DNA from: Bdellovibrionales bacterium
GTDB lineage: Bacteria > Bdellovibrionota > Bdellovibrionia > Bdellovibrionales > UBA840
Direction of reading: 5' to 3'
Length of the DNA: 37,929 bases
Assembly: GCA_037969075.1 (NCBI GenBank)
Contig: JBBKWS010000087.1
Coordinates: forward strand, 1-37,929
Below, one piece after another: positions 25,227 through 32,976 of this stretch. Within the stretch, counting starts at the first letter, position 1, and each line of letters starts with the position of its first letter. The notes under the pieces were generated by a model, which saw nothing but the letters and a program-made list of their open reading frames with translations, made no database searches and was not told the DNA's origin. The position numbers and the translations under genes were made by a program.

Positions 25227-27302
25227 ATGCATTTCCGTAATACATTGTTAACTCTTGCAATCGCAAGTACATTTTTTCTAGGTTATAATGCCAATGCACA
25301 GATGGGCCCGGGCGGTATGGGTATGGGCTACTACGCCGGTGTTCAAAACTGTGAAATGGGCGGAGCGGGGACTCTAACTAAAGAAGAAAAAGAAGATGCG
25401 CTAAAAGATAAAGCCAAATATAAATTCATAGAAAAAGAACTAATAAAATTAGAAAAAAGTATTAAACGTTCGACTAAAAAAGATGCTGAAGAATACGGTG
25501 GGGAAATTGAAAGGAATAAGCGCATTCTTAAGAATGCGATGGGCGATGAGAATTTTAAAATCTTCTGGAAACGCTATTCAGGTGATATTTCATGTAGCGC
25601 AGAATGTATTAATAAAAAAAGCTGCAGTTTGACTGAGGGTTGCGAAGCAGGGCGAGTGGCTTGTGAGCCATATGTGGCTTCTAGTGAAATAGAGCAAAAT
25701 TATACGGTTGCAAATGATATTAGTAATGTTGTCTTTGCTTCACCAAATGGATCAAAGCAATATACAAAAGCAGAGTGCGATACAGAGGTTGCAAAATTAG
25801 GTGCCGGATCTCAGGCTAAGATTTCATGTCCTGCGGGAGGCATTTCTGGGCAAAGCCTGTATGAAAATATATTAGGTCTTGCTTCAGTAGAAGATCCAAA
25901 TGCTGCGGACAGATTATGTCGTGGTGCTTTAAATAAATTTACTGTTTGTGCGTCTGCCAAGGCGGAAGACCGCTCTAAGTGTACAGAGGCATTCGGAAAT
26001 TTAGATCAAGACTTAGTACAAGATAATGAACGTTATACTGATCTACTAGAAGAGTATGACTCTCTAGAAGAAAACCTTGCTGGAGTTGATTTCTACACAG
26101 AAGGTTCTTATTGTGCCGAATGCCAAGCGGCAGGCAATCGTCGTTTCGTTGACGATAGATCTGGGTTTAGAAGATTTTTTGATACAGCGATGCCAATTCT
26201 TGGTGGAGCAGCGGCTGCATACGGTGGATATAGATTAAATAATGAAGCTATTGATAGAGCTACTAACTTAGGTTTCACTACAAATCCAGCACCATCATTT
26301 TTATCATATGGATATCCTATGATTATGAATGGTATCTACGGTGGTATTGCTAGCGGTATCGGGTCAGGTGCATTTCAGTGTGGTAACACAATGGGCGGTG
26401 GTTTTCCAGGTGGTGCAAACGGCATGATGGGGCCATACGGTATGAACGGTATGATGGGCCAAGGCGGAAGTCCTTTTGGTTATCCGTTTGGTCAAAGTCC
26501 TTATGGTATGAATGGTTACGGCGGCGGTCCTTATATGCCAGGTTTAGTAGGTGGTTATTCTGCTGGTCCTTGGGGGGTTGGTGGTAATTTAGGTTACGGC
26601 GTTGGTATTCCACAAATTGGTGGATTTCCAGGTGGCGGAACTATGGGTTATGCCGGAGCTCCAGGAATGGGCGGCGGATTCGCTGGGTTTGCTGGTGGCG
26701 GTTTTGCCGGTGGCGGTGGATTTCCAGGAATGGGTGGCGGATTTGCCGGTGGAGCAGGATTTGCTGGCGGCGGCGGATTTCCAGGAATGGGCGGAGCAGG
26801 GTTTGCTGGTGGTGGATTTCAAGGAATTGGCGGCATGGGTTATGCTGGATTATATAGTGTTCCAGGTGCAGCGGGAATGGCGGGTTATGCTGGCGGTGGT
26901 TTTGCCGGTGGCCTTGCAGGTTACGCTGGTGGATTAGCTGGATACGCAGGAGTTCCAGGTGCAGCAGGAATTGCTGGCGGTTACGGTCTTGCCGGTATGT
27001 ATGGTTCTATTGGAAGTTCTGCAGGTCTGCAGTATCAGCAACAGCTTATACAACAGCAAATGCAACAGTACCAACAGCAGATGTCTGCTTTACAGCAATA
27101 TCAAGAGTATGAAATAAATCGTCAAAGAACTAGAAGTCAGTTGACGCAGCAAATGCAAACATTGCAAATGCAACTATATCAGTTAGAGTCTGGTGGTGGC
27201 AGTGCATTTGGTGGCGGGGCACAATTTGGCACAGGAGTTACTGGCCAATCATTTCTACCTCCCGCAGGCACATATAACCCAGCAGGGAATCCCGCTAGGT
27301 AA
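25227..27302 (+). CDS. Secreted Cys-rich / Gly-aromatic low-complexity / poly-Gln protein of unknown function
   Basis: TAAGGAG SD then ATG 25227; signal peptide (..YNANA|Q); 14 Cys; long Gly-rich tract; Gln-rich helix near C-terminus. Confidence 0.8.
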   Translation: MHFRNTLLTLAIASTFFLGYNANAQMGPGGMGMGYYAGVQNCEMGGAGTLTKEEKEDALKDKAKYKFIEKELIKLEKSIKRSTKKDAEEYGGEIERNKRILKNAMGDENFKIFWKRYSGDISCSAECINKKSCSLTEGCEAGRVACEPYVASSEIEQNYTVANDISNVVFASPNGSKQYTKAECDTEVAKLGAGSQAKISCPAGGISGQSLYENILGLASVEDPNAADRLCRGALNKFTVCASAKAEDRSKCTEAFGNLDQDLVQDNERYTDLLEEYDSLEENLAGVDFYTEGSYCAECQAAGNRRFVDDRSGFRRFFDTAMPILGGAAAAYGGYRLNNEAIDRATNLGFTTNPAPSFLSYGYPMIMNGIYGGIASGIGSGAFQCGNTMGGGFPGGANGMMGPYGMNGMMGQGGSPFGYPFGQSPYGMNGYGGGPYMPGLVGGYSAGPWGVGGNLGYGVGIPQIGGFPGGGTMGYAGAPGMGGGFAGFAGGGFAGGGGFPGMGGGFAGGAGFAGGGGFPGMGGAGFAGGGFQGIGGMGYAGLYSVPGAAGMAGYAGGGFAGGLAGYAGGLAGYAGVPGAAGIAGGYGLAGMYGSIGSSAGLQYQQQLIQQQMQQYQQQMSALQQYQEYEINRQRTRSQLTQQMQTLQMQLYQLESGGGSAFGGGAQFGTGVTGQSFLPPAGTYNPAGNPAR
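26620..26995 (+). repeat. Degenerate coding repeats (GGFPGMGG, GFAGG, VPGAAG, GLAGYAG)
   Basis: GGATTTCCAGGAATGGG at 26718 and 26775; CCAGGAATGGG at 26661; GTTCCAGGTGCAGC at 26859 and 26952. Confidence 0.8.
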
Positions 27303-27303
27303 G

Positions 27304-28119
27304 CTATTCTTTAGATGTAGAAGTTGAAACTGTAGATCCTCCGTCACTGGAGGATTTGTTGTTTTTATGAACCAAATAACTTAAAATACCTCCAGCAATT
27401 GTCCAAATTAAAACAGTCTTCTTATTTTCCTGCCACCATTTACTAGGAGCTTTAGTGTCATTAGTGCTGGTAGCAGTTAAAGGTACGCTCGTATTGATAT
27501 CTTTCTGAACAATGGTTTTTATACCCTTGGGGGTCCATTTTAAAAATTGACTCACTTCCCCTGTAAACAACTCAGATTGGTTATTCGAGTATACTAGTAG
27601 GATTCTTTGTTTAGTTAGCGGTAGTGATATTGTTAGCCCGTTAGCATTACTATAAATTCGTCCATTAACAATAATGTACTTTACGTTATCAAATACATCA
27701 GTGGGTTGCCATAAGTAGAAGTTAGAGAGCATGCGATTTTGTTGTAAGAGTACTTGCTGAAGCAGCGGGGGCTCAAATACCTCAGGATCAATTTGCTTTA
27801 CTTGGTCTGGATCCAAATTTACTAATTCAGAGATGTAGTCCTCGCACTTATCTCGGTCTATTTGGCACAATTTTAGTAAAGAATAAGAAAGTATTTTTCG
27901 TTGATAAAAATCCCAATTAGCATCATAGGTCCTTAAGCTGATTAATAAATATTTTTGCTTAGCACCTTGTATGTCGCCAGAATAATATAATTCATTGGCA
28001 CTACTTAACTCCTCAGTCAGTTGAGAAGAAGTGGTGAAATATTTTCTTAGCTCCTGATCTTCATGAAACTCTATATCCATCCAACTAAAAGCCACTGTAA
28101 ATAATAAAATACTAATCAT
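27304..28119 (-). CDS. Hypothetical envelope protein, last gene of the pilin operon
   Basis: Hydrophobic N-terminus, TPR-like helix (ANELYYSGDIQGAKQKY), C-terminal TM and Ser/Thr tail; overlaps upstream gene. Confidence 0.65.
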   Translation of the reverse strand: MISILLFTVAFSWMDIEFHEDQELRKYFTTSSQLTEELSSANELYYSGDIQGAKQKYLLISLRTYDANWDFYQRKILSYSLLKLCQIDRDKCEDYISELVNLDPDQVKQIDPEVFEPPLLQQVLLQQNRMLSNFYLWQPTDVFDNVKYIIVNGRIYSNANGLTISLPLTKQRILLVYSNNQSELFTGEVSQFLKWTPKGIKTIVQKDINTSVPLTATSTNDTKAPSKWWQENKKTVLIWTIAGGILSYLVHKNNKSSSDGGSTVSTSTSKE

Positions 28120-28570
28120 TATCTATACCCACCTGTATTTGATTTAACTGTACTTTTTCATTTACAAAAACCGTTCCAGAATTTTTTTCGCTAGATATAC
28201 TGACAAAAAATGCAGAATCATAAGTTGTAATGTAATTGGTTTGATTGTCTTTCACTAAGGCCGCGAATTGATTAGGGTTTCTGGGGGCACGTATTAGCTT
28301 TACGTTTCTCCCTATCAAAACTTGCTTACCTCTTTTTTCAATGTATAGATTCACATAGCCAAAATTTCCAAAAATTGAGTCCAAGCTTTCAGAATTTTTA
28401 ATTTCTATGGGAATTAAAGTGTGATTCTTAGGTATCATCGTAAACACTTCATTATTTTCTTCTACTTCATGCGGGGGGCTTGGTTCTTTTTGTAGGTAAT
28501 GTATAGACACACTGGCGAAAAGTAATGTTCCTACAACGATTGCATTCTTATAGTGTAATTTTAAATTCAT
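28112..28570 (-). CDS. CpaB/RcpC-like pilus assembly protein (C-terminal domain only)
   Basis: N-terminal TM then IPKNHTLIPIEI...GNFGYVNLY...RNVKLI, resembling the RcpC domain pattern; located in a pilin operon. Confidence 0.55.
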   Translation of the reverse strand: MNLKLHYKNAIVVGTLLFASVSIHYLQKEPSPPHEVEENNEVFTMIPKNHTLIPIEIKNSESLDSIFGNFGYVNLYIEKRGKQVLIGRNVKLIRAPRNPNQFAALVKDNQTNYITTYDSAFFVSISSEKNSGTVFVNEKVQLNQIQVGIDND

Positions 28571-28713
28571 GACGTCACCTTTGAAAATCTATAATTAATT
28601 TGCTTCTTAATAAAATGGGATTGACCCACTAAAAACCAAACAATAATAACTATTGTAGATATAAATAGTAAGCATTCTACGAGGCCCTGCCCTTTGTTAG
28701 CTTTGGGTACCAT
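28567..28713 (-). CDS. Small TadE/Flp-like prepilin, 48 aa (not in ORF track)
   Basis: AAGGAG-N5-ATG; MVPKANKG|QGLVECLLFISTIVIIVWFLVG...; TGA overlaps the next ATG (ATGA). Confidence 0.8.
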   Translation of the reverse strand: MVPKANKGQGLVECLLFISTIVIIVWFLVGQSHFIKKQINYRFSKVTS

Positions 28714-29321
28714 TTTTTCTCCTTACTAACGGTAGCGCTGCAACTTCCGTCATTTTTAAGTTCTTTGCTGTTAACAGAATTTTTTTTACTCCACTTTATA
28801 TGTACTGCCTGATTTCTCTCATAGCCGGTGTAGGCAGTGTATATAGGACTGCCTGAGTTTGGCGGTGCCGGCAGTAGTTGTAGCGTGATATGATTGAAAC
28901 TTATTATGCTACTTTTTTTTGTCTTGCTTGAGATTTTTAAGTTAGCAGTTCTCTCGGTACGTGCAATCGTGCTCAGTTGTTTTTTGCGAAATACCATTTG
29001 TTCTAATTTTACTTTTTTAAGATAAAGTAGAGCTGCTGCTACTTGTGGTGGTGTAGTAGCAGTTTTTATTAAAACTTGTGCGCGCTTAAATTTCACCTGA
29101 AGTCTTATTGCCTTAGGATTCATTTCAATTAATTTGTTGATACCGTCTGCCAATATTTGCATGCTCTCTAAAGCAGTAATTCTACAGGCGTGCTGAAGGT
29201 AGTATTTTTGCTTTGCTGAAATCAAAAAATAACCTAATAGTATTGATGCTGAACTTAGCAATAAGAGCAGTGAAATTAGTAACGGAAGCATCCCTTTATT
29301 AGTAAAAAACTTTTGGTACAT
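28677..29321 (-). CDS. TadG-like pseudopilin (very basic)
   Basis: NKG|MLPLLISLLLLL prepilin-like start lacking E5, then LQHACR..A helix; AAGGA before ATG 29321. Confidence 0.6.
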   Translation of the reverse strand: MYQKFFTNKGMLPLLISLLLLLSSASILLGYFLISAKQKYYLQHACRITALESMQILADGINKLIEMNPKAIRLQVKFKRAQVLIKTATTPPQVAAALLYLKKVKLEQMVFRKKQLSTIARTERTANLKISSKTKKSSIISFNHITLQLLPAPPNSGSPIYTAYTGYERNQAVHIKWSKKNSVNSKELKNDGSCSATVSKEKKWYPKLTKGRAS

Positions 29322-29658
29322 ATACACTGTCCTTAAAATATATAGGTCTGCAATTTACACAGATGGGATCCTTAATCTGCAGCACTCCACTTATTTTGAA
29401 TGCTCTTTTAGTTTCTATTTTTTCAACCTCAAACTTCCTTATGCTTAACAGTGGAAAAGCAATCAGTTGTTTATATAAGCTAGATTTACATAAGCTGCCC
29501 TGCGTATGGATATTGCAAATTAAGTTTTCATATAAATAATGCCCCGTATAGACGTGCAGGGCAGTCCTGTATATTACTGTAATACTCATAGCAATGATGA
29601 GTAAAATTACGCTACTCATTACTACCAACTCTAAAAGTGCTTGCCCACGATTAGTCAT
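29299..29658 (-). CDS. TadE-like pseudopilin
   Basis: MTNRG|QALLE plus hydrophobic helix; ATG 29658 overlaps the flp stop; 4 Cys. Confidence 0.75.
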   Translation of the reverse strand: MTNRGQALLELVVMSSVILLIIAMSITVIYRTALHVYTGHYLYENLICNIHTQGSLCKSSLYKQLIAFPLLSIRKFEVEKIETKRAFKISGVLQIKDPICVNCRPIYFKDSVYVPKVFY

Positions 29659-29902
29659 TTTTATTTTTACTTGCTGCTGATTCAAAAAAATTACTTAGAT
29701 CTTTGTTGCTATGTAGTTTTGATTCAACTTTGATGTTTGTTGGTTTTATTTGTTTACTGTTACCTTGAATGGCATAAGTAATATTAGTAAATTGACTTGT
29801 TATGGTTTGTCCAAAAACTCTTACGATTCCGATGCTTGCAACTGCTAAAATTGCCACTAATATTAAATACTCTGTTAAACCCTGTCCTTTTTGATTGTTC
29901 AT
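29651..29902 (-). CDS. flp: Flp-family (Tad) major pilin
   Basis: MNNQKG|QGLTEYLILVAILAVASI with Flp G|xxxxEY motif; AGGAGG SD. Confidence 0.88.
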   Translation of the reverse strand: MNNQKGQGLTEYLILVAILAVASIGIVRVFGQTITSQFTNITYAIQGNSKQIKPTNIKVESKLHSNKDLSNFFESAASKNKND

Positions 29903-29971
29903 ATGACCTCCTACTTTTGTCTATGCAAAAATAGGGGCCAACTTTAAACATAAGTTAAACTACAATGAGAA

Positions 29972-31147
29972 TTAATTTGTCCGGATATCTAATAAAATCC
30001 GAACGGGGTAGTGGTCAGAGACGCCAGTTTGATTCGGACTGTTTGCACTAAAATTATAACGATTAGGCACTCGCTCTTGGGTGCTTCCAAAAGAAAAACG
30101 CATAGGATTTTTAGCTTCAAAAGGTTTAGATAATTCAGAAAAACCTAAAATCCGGAATGAATTAGATATTACTTTTAGGTCTTTATTTTTTTCCAATAGG
30201 CTTTGGCTCACTAAAATTTTATCTAAATAATCCCATGTTCCCCCGTAACTATAATATGAGGTTCCAGTGGGAAGTTGATAAAAAGTATTTTCATCAGTCT
30301 TCTTTAAAAGGATAAGCGCGTCTCTCAGACCATTTTCACGGCCTTCGATTGTTTCAATAATTGGATTCGGGCGATCATATTGAATTGTATTAAAATCGCC
30401 AACGGCAACCACATTATAGTTTTGTCCTATGGTTTTTGTCTGCGCATCGATTAACTTGTTGAGCGTATTCGCAGCTGCGATTCTGTTTTTTACATCATTT
30501 CCTTGTGAGGGCCAGTGGTTTACATAAACCCCTACGATTTGATCAGTACCTTTTACTTTAAAGTTTACAACTAAGATGTTTCTTGTAGTAAATGCTCGTC
30601 CTGATTCATCCACAACTTTTTCTTCTGCGTGAGATTTGTACTCAACCAGACGGTCTTTATATAATATCGCTACGTTGATCCCTCTAGCGTCGCTACCGGT
30701 GGATATATGCATGTTTTTAGTGGAATATCCTAGCTTTTCTGCAAGCATAGCAAGTACATTTGCATTTTCAACTTCAATCAAAGCAAGAACATCTGGTAGG
30801 TCGCCCTGAAGGTTTAAGGCTTCAGTGATTTTCGCTAATTTGATTTGTAGGCGCTCATTTGTCCAATCTACTTCTAAGCATTGTTTGCGTTGCCAATCTT
30901 GGCTCATCCGATTACAGGCATCGATCTTTGCTTTATTTGGTGCCCCATTAGGGAGTTTTAAAGGTAAAAACTCCCAATCCCCTTTACCTTCATCATGTTT
31001 TGTATCAAATAGATTTTCAACGTTATAGCTTACTATTGATAAGGTTGAATCGTCTAAATCGACTCGCATGTTTAATGGTTTATAGTTATCTCCAGCCGTT
31101 GCTGCGTTAGCTAGTAATAAGGTAAATATAAGTGCTAATACTTTCAT
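29972..31147 (-). CDS. Secreted endonuclease/exonuclease/phosphatase family protein
   Basis: Signal peptide; SYNVENLFD, LIEVEN, NHWPS, GDFN, LDKILVS, SDHYPV. Confidence 0.88.
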   Translation of the reverse strand: MKVLALIFTLLLANAATAGDNYKPLNMRVDLDDSTLSIVSYNVENLFDTKHDEGKGDWEFLPLKLPNGAPNKAKIDACNRMSQDWQRKQCLEVDWTNERLQIKLAKITEALNLQGDLPDVLALIEVENANVLAMLAEKLGYSTKNMHISTGSDARGINVAILYKDRLVEYKSHAEEKVVDESGRAFTTRNILVVNFKVKGTDQIVGVYVNHWPSQGNDVKNRIAAANTLNKLIDAQTKTIGQNYNVVAVGDFNTIQYDRPNPIIETIEGRENGLRDALILLKKTDENTFYQLPTGTSYYSYGGTWDYLDKILVSQSLLEKNKDLKVISNSFRILGFSELSKPFEAKNPMRFSFGSTQERVPNRYNFSANSPNQTGVSDHYPVRILLDIRTN

Positions 31148-31266
31148 AATCTCCCCCCAGAGTGAGTCTATTTTTATACAAGTCTCTTTTGTTTTTCATT
31201 AGGATTTTTAAAAAAGGTAAAATAAGTTAGAACCGGTGCGTTTTTGGCCCTTTAAAGGCCGATTTC

Positions 31267-31294
31267 TTGACTTTTTGTTGCTGAGCGATATAAG
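31267..31294 (+). promoter_or_regulatory. sigma70-like promoter of the rib operon, probable leaderless start
   Basis: TTGACT-N16-TATAAG, then 8 nt to ATG 31303; no SD. Confidence 0.5.
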
Positions 31295-31302
31295 TGCTCA
31301 AT

Positions 31303-31914
31303 ATGTTTTCAGGGATTATCGAGGCGAAAGCCAATATAGTTGAGGTCTTAGAGCGCTCTGGAGTGCTGCAAATACGTGTAGAAAGACCCAGCTCTTTTGA
31401 CGATATCAAAATAGGCGATAGTATTGCTACTAACGGAGTTTGTCTTACAGTAGAAGATTTCAATGATATGTGGCTACAGTTTGCCATTGGGCATGAAACT
31501 ATGGCTGTGACAAACTGGACAGCCAAAGATTTACAAAGTAGGACTGTTAACTTAGAAAGATCTTTACGTTTTGGAGACAGGCTCCATGGGCATATGGTTA
31601 GTGGACATGTGGAAGAAACGGGTAAAATTGTGGAAGTTAATTGGGAGGGTGAAAATTTACTACTAAAGGTAAACTTTTCGGATACTCTTGCCCCTTTTAT
31701 TTGGAAAAAAGGCAGCATTGCTCTACAGGGTGTCAGCCTAACTGTTAATGATGTAAATCAAAATACATTCTCTGTTTGCCTGATCCCTGAAACAACAGCA
31801 ATTACCAATTTGAAAGATATTAAAGTGGACGAAACCGTTAATTTAGAAGCTGATTATTTTGCGAAAGCGTTACACCATTTCTCTAGAGAGGCCATACATG
31901 CATCCCGTAAGTGA
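31303..31914 (+). CDS. ribE: Riboflavin synthase
   Basis: Conserved N-terminus MFSGII fixes the start at 31303; GDSIATNGVCLTV, VNLER, GHMVSGHV. Confidence 0.95.
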   Translation: MFSGIIEAKANIVEVLERSGVLQIRVERPSSFDDIKIGDSIATNGVCLTVEDFNDMWLQFAIGHETMAVTNWTAKDLQSRTVNLERSLRFGDRLHGHMVSGHVEETGKIVEVNWEGENLLLKVNFSDTLAPFIWKKGSIALQGVSLTVNDVNQNTFSVCLIPETTAITNLKDIKVDETVNLEADYFAKALHHFSREAIHASRK

Positions 31915-32512
31915 GCTTATAAAAGAACTACAAGATGGAAAAATGATTATTCTTGTTGATGATGAAAGTAGAGAAAACGAGGGAGATCTTGTGTTGGCGG
32001 CCTCTAAGGTTGAACCACACCACATTAATTTTATGGCCAAAGAGGCAAGAGGACTAATTTGCTTAAGTCTTACCGAAGAACATACAAGACGATTAGAGTT
32101 ACCTCTTATGGTATCTGAGTCATTGAATCAGACAAGTAGTAAGACCGCATTCACTGTAAGCATAGAGGCGGCAGACGGGATTACCACTGGAATTTCTGCA
32201 CACGATAGAGCGAGAACAATTCGTGTGGCTGCGAGTACGACAGCGAAGCGAAGCGATCTTTGTGTTCCAGGTCATATTTTTCCATTAATAGCTAAAAAAG
32301 GCGGAGTTCTTGAAAGAGCCGGGCACACAGAGGGTAGCGTTGAGTTGACTAAACTCTCTGGTTTGGGAGAGGCCGCGGTAATCTGTGAAGTTATGAATGA
32401 TGATGGCACAATGGCAAGGCTAGAGGATCTAAAAGTTTTTGCTAAAAAGCATAATTTAAAAATCGGCAGTATAGAAGATCTTATCAAATACCAAAAAGAG
32501 AGATTATCGTGA
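31898..32512 (+). CDS. ribB: 3,4-dihydroxy-2-butanone-4-phosphate synthase (stand-alone)
   Basis: DDESRENEGD, TGISAHDR, PGHIFPL, RAGHTEG; GAGG before ATG 31898. Confidence 0.95.
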   Translation: MHPVSELIKELQDGKMIILVDDESRENEGDLVLAASKVEPHHINFMAKEARGLICLSLTEEHTRRLELPLMVSESLNQTSSKTAFTVSIEAADGITTGISAHDRARTIRVAASTTAKRSDLCVPGHIFPLIAKKGGVLERAGHTEGSVELTKLSGLGEAAVICEVMNDDGTMARLEDLKVFAKKHNLKIGSIEDLIKYQKERLS

Positions 32513-32973
32513 TTCTTCAAGGTAAGATTCCGGATAGATTGGTGAGAATTGCCGTAGTAACTGCTAGATTTAATCATGAGGTTACCTACAAGTTAGAGAC
32601 TGGCGCGCTAGAAGCTCTTAATTCAAGTGGATTAAAAAAAGAACAAATCATACAAATACGAGTTGCCGGCGCTTTTGAAATTCCATTGGCTGCAAAATAT
32701 TGCATCGACCAAGGGGTGGATGCTGTTATTGCTCTAGGGGCAGTAATTCGCGGGGAAACTTCGCATTACGACTATGTCTGCTCAGCGGTTGAGCGTGGGT
32801 GCACAAATTTGCAGTTAGAACATGCAGTGCCTGTTGCTTTTGGAGTATTAACTACCGATAATGAAGAGCAAGCAATGGATCGAGCTGGTGGTCGCTATGG
32901 AAATAAAGGCGAAGAAGCAGCTTTGGTTGCCTTAGAAATGTTAGATCTTAAGGACAAGATAAACAAAAGGTAA
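32509..32973 (+). CDS. ribH: 6,7-dimethyl-8-ribityllumazine synthase
   Basis: ARFN, GAFEIP, GAVIRGETSHYDYV, FGVLTT, NKG. Confidence 0.96.
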   Translation: MILQGKIPDRLVRIAVVTARFNHEVTYKLETGALEALNSSGLKKEQIIQIRVAGAFEIPLAAKYCIDQGVDAVIALGAVIRGETSHYDYVCSAVERGCTNLQLEHAVPVAFGVLTTDNEEQAMDRAGGRYGNKGEEAALVALEMLDLKDKINKR

Positions 32974-32976
32974 GTT

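Noticed and set aside
26330..27030. GC-rich repetitive stretch suggesting foreign DNA, a CRISPR array or alternative-frame ORFs (26350-26937)
   Set aside because: Explained by Gly/Ala codons in one open frame; no constant repeat-spacer period and no cas or mobility genes.
29924..29940. sigma54-like TGGCCCCTATTTTTGCA upstream of flp (minus strand)
   Set aside because: GG-to-GC spacing is 11 nt, not the strict 10. Position is suggestive, so recheck reads for a homopolymer error.
31148..31302. Possible FMN riboswitch before the rib genes; near-palindrome GGCCCTTTAAAGGCC
   Set aside because: No RFN conserved elements recognised, and the promoter motif abuts the start codon; the palindrome is imperfect and unsupported.
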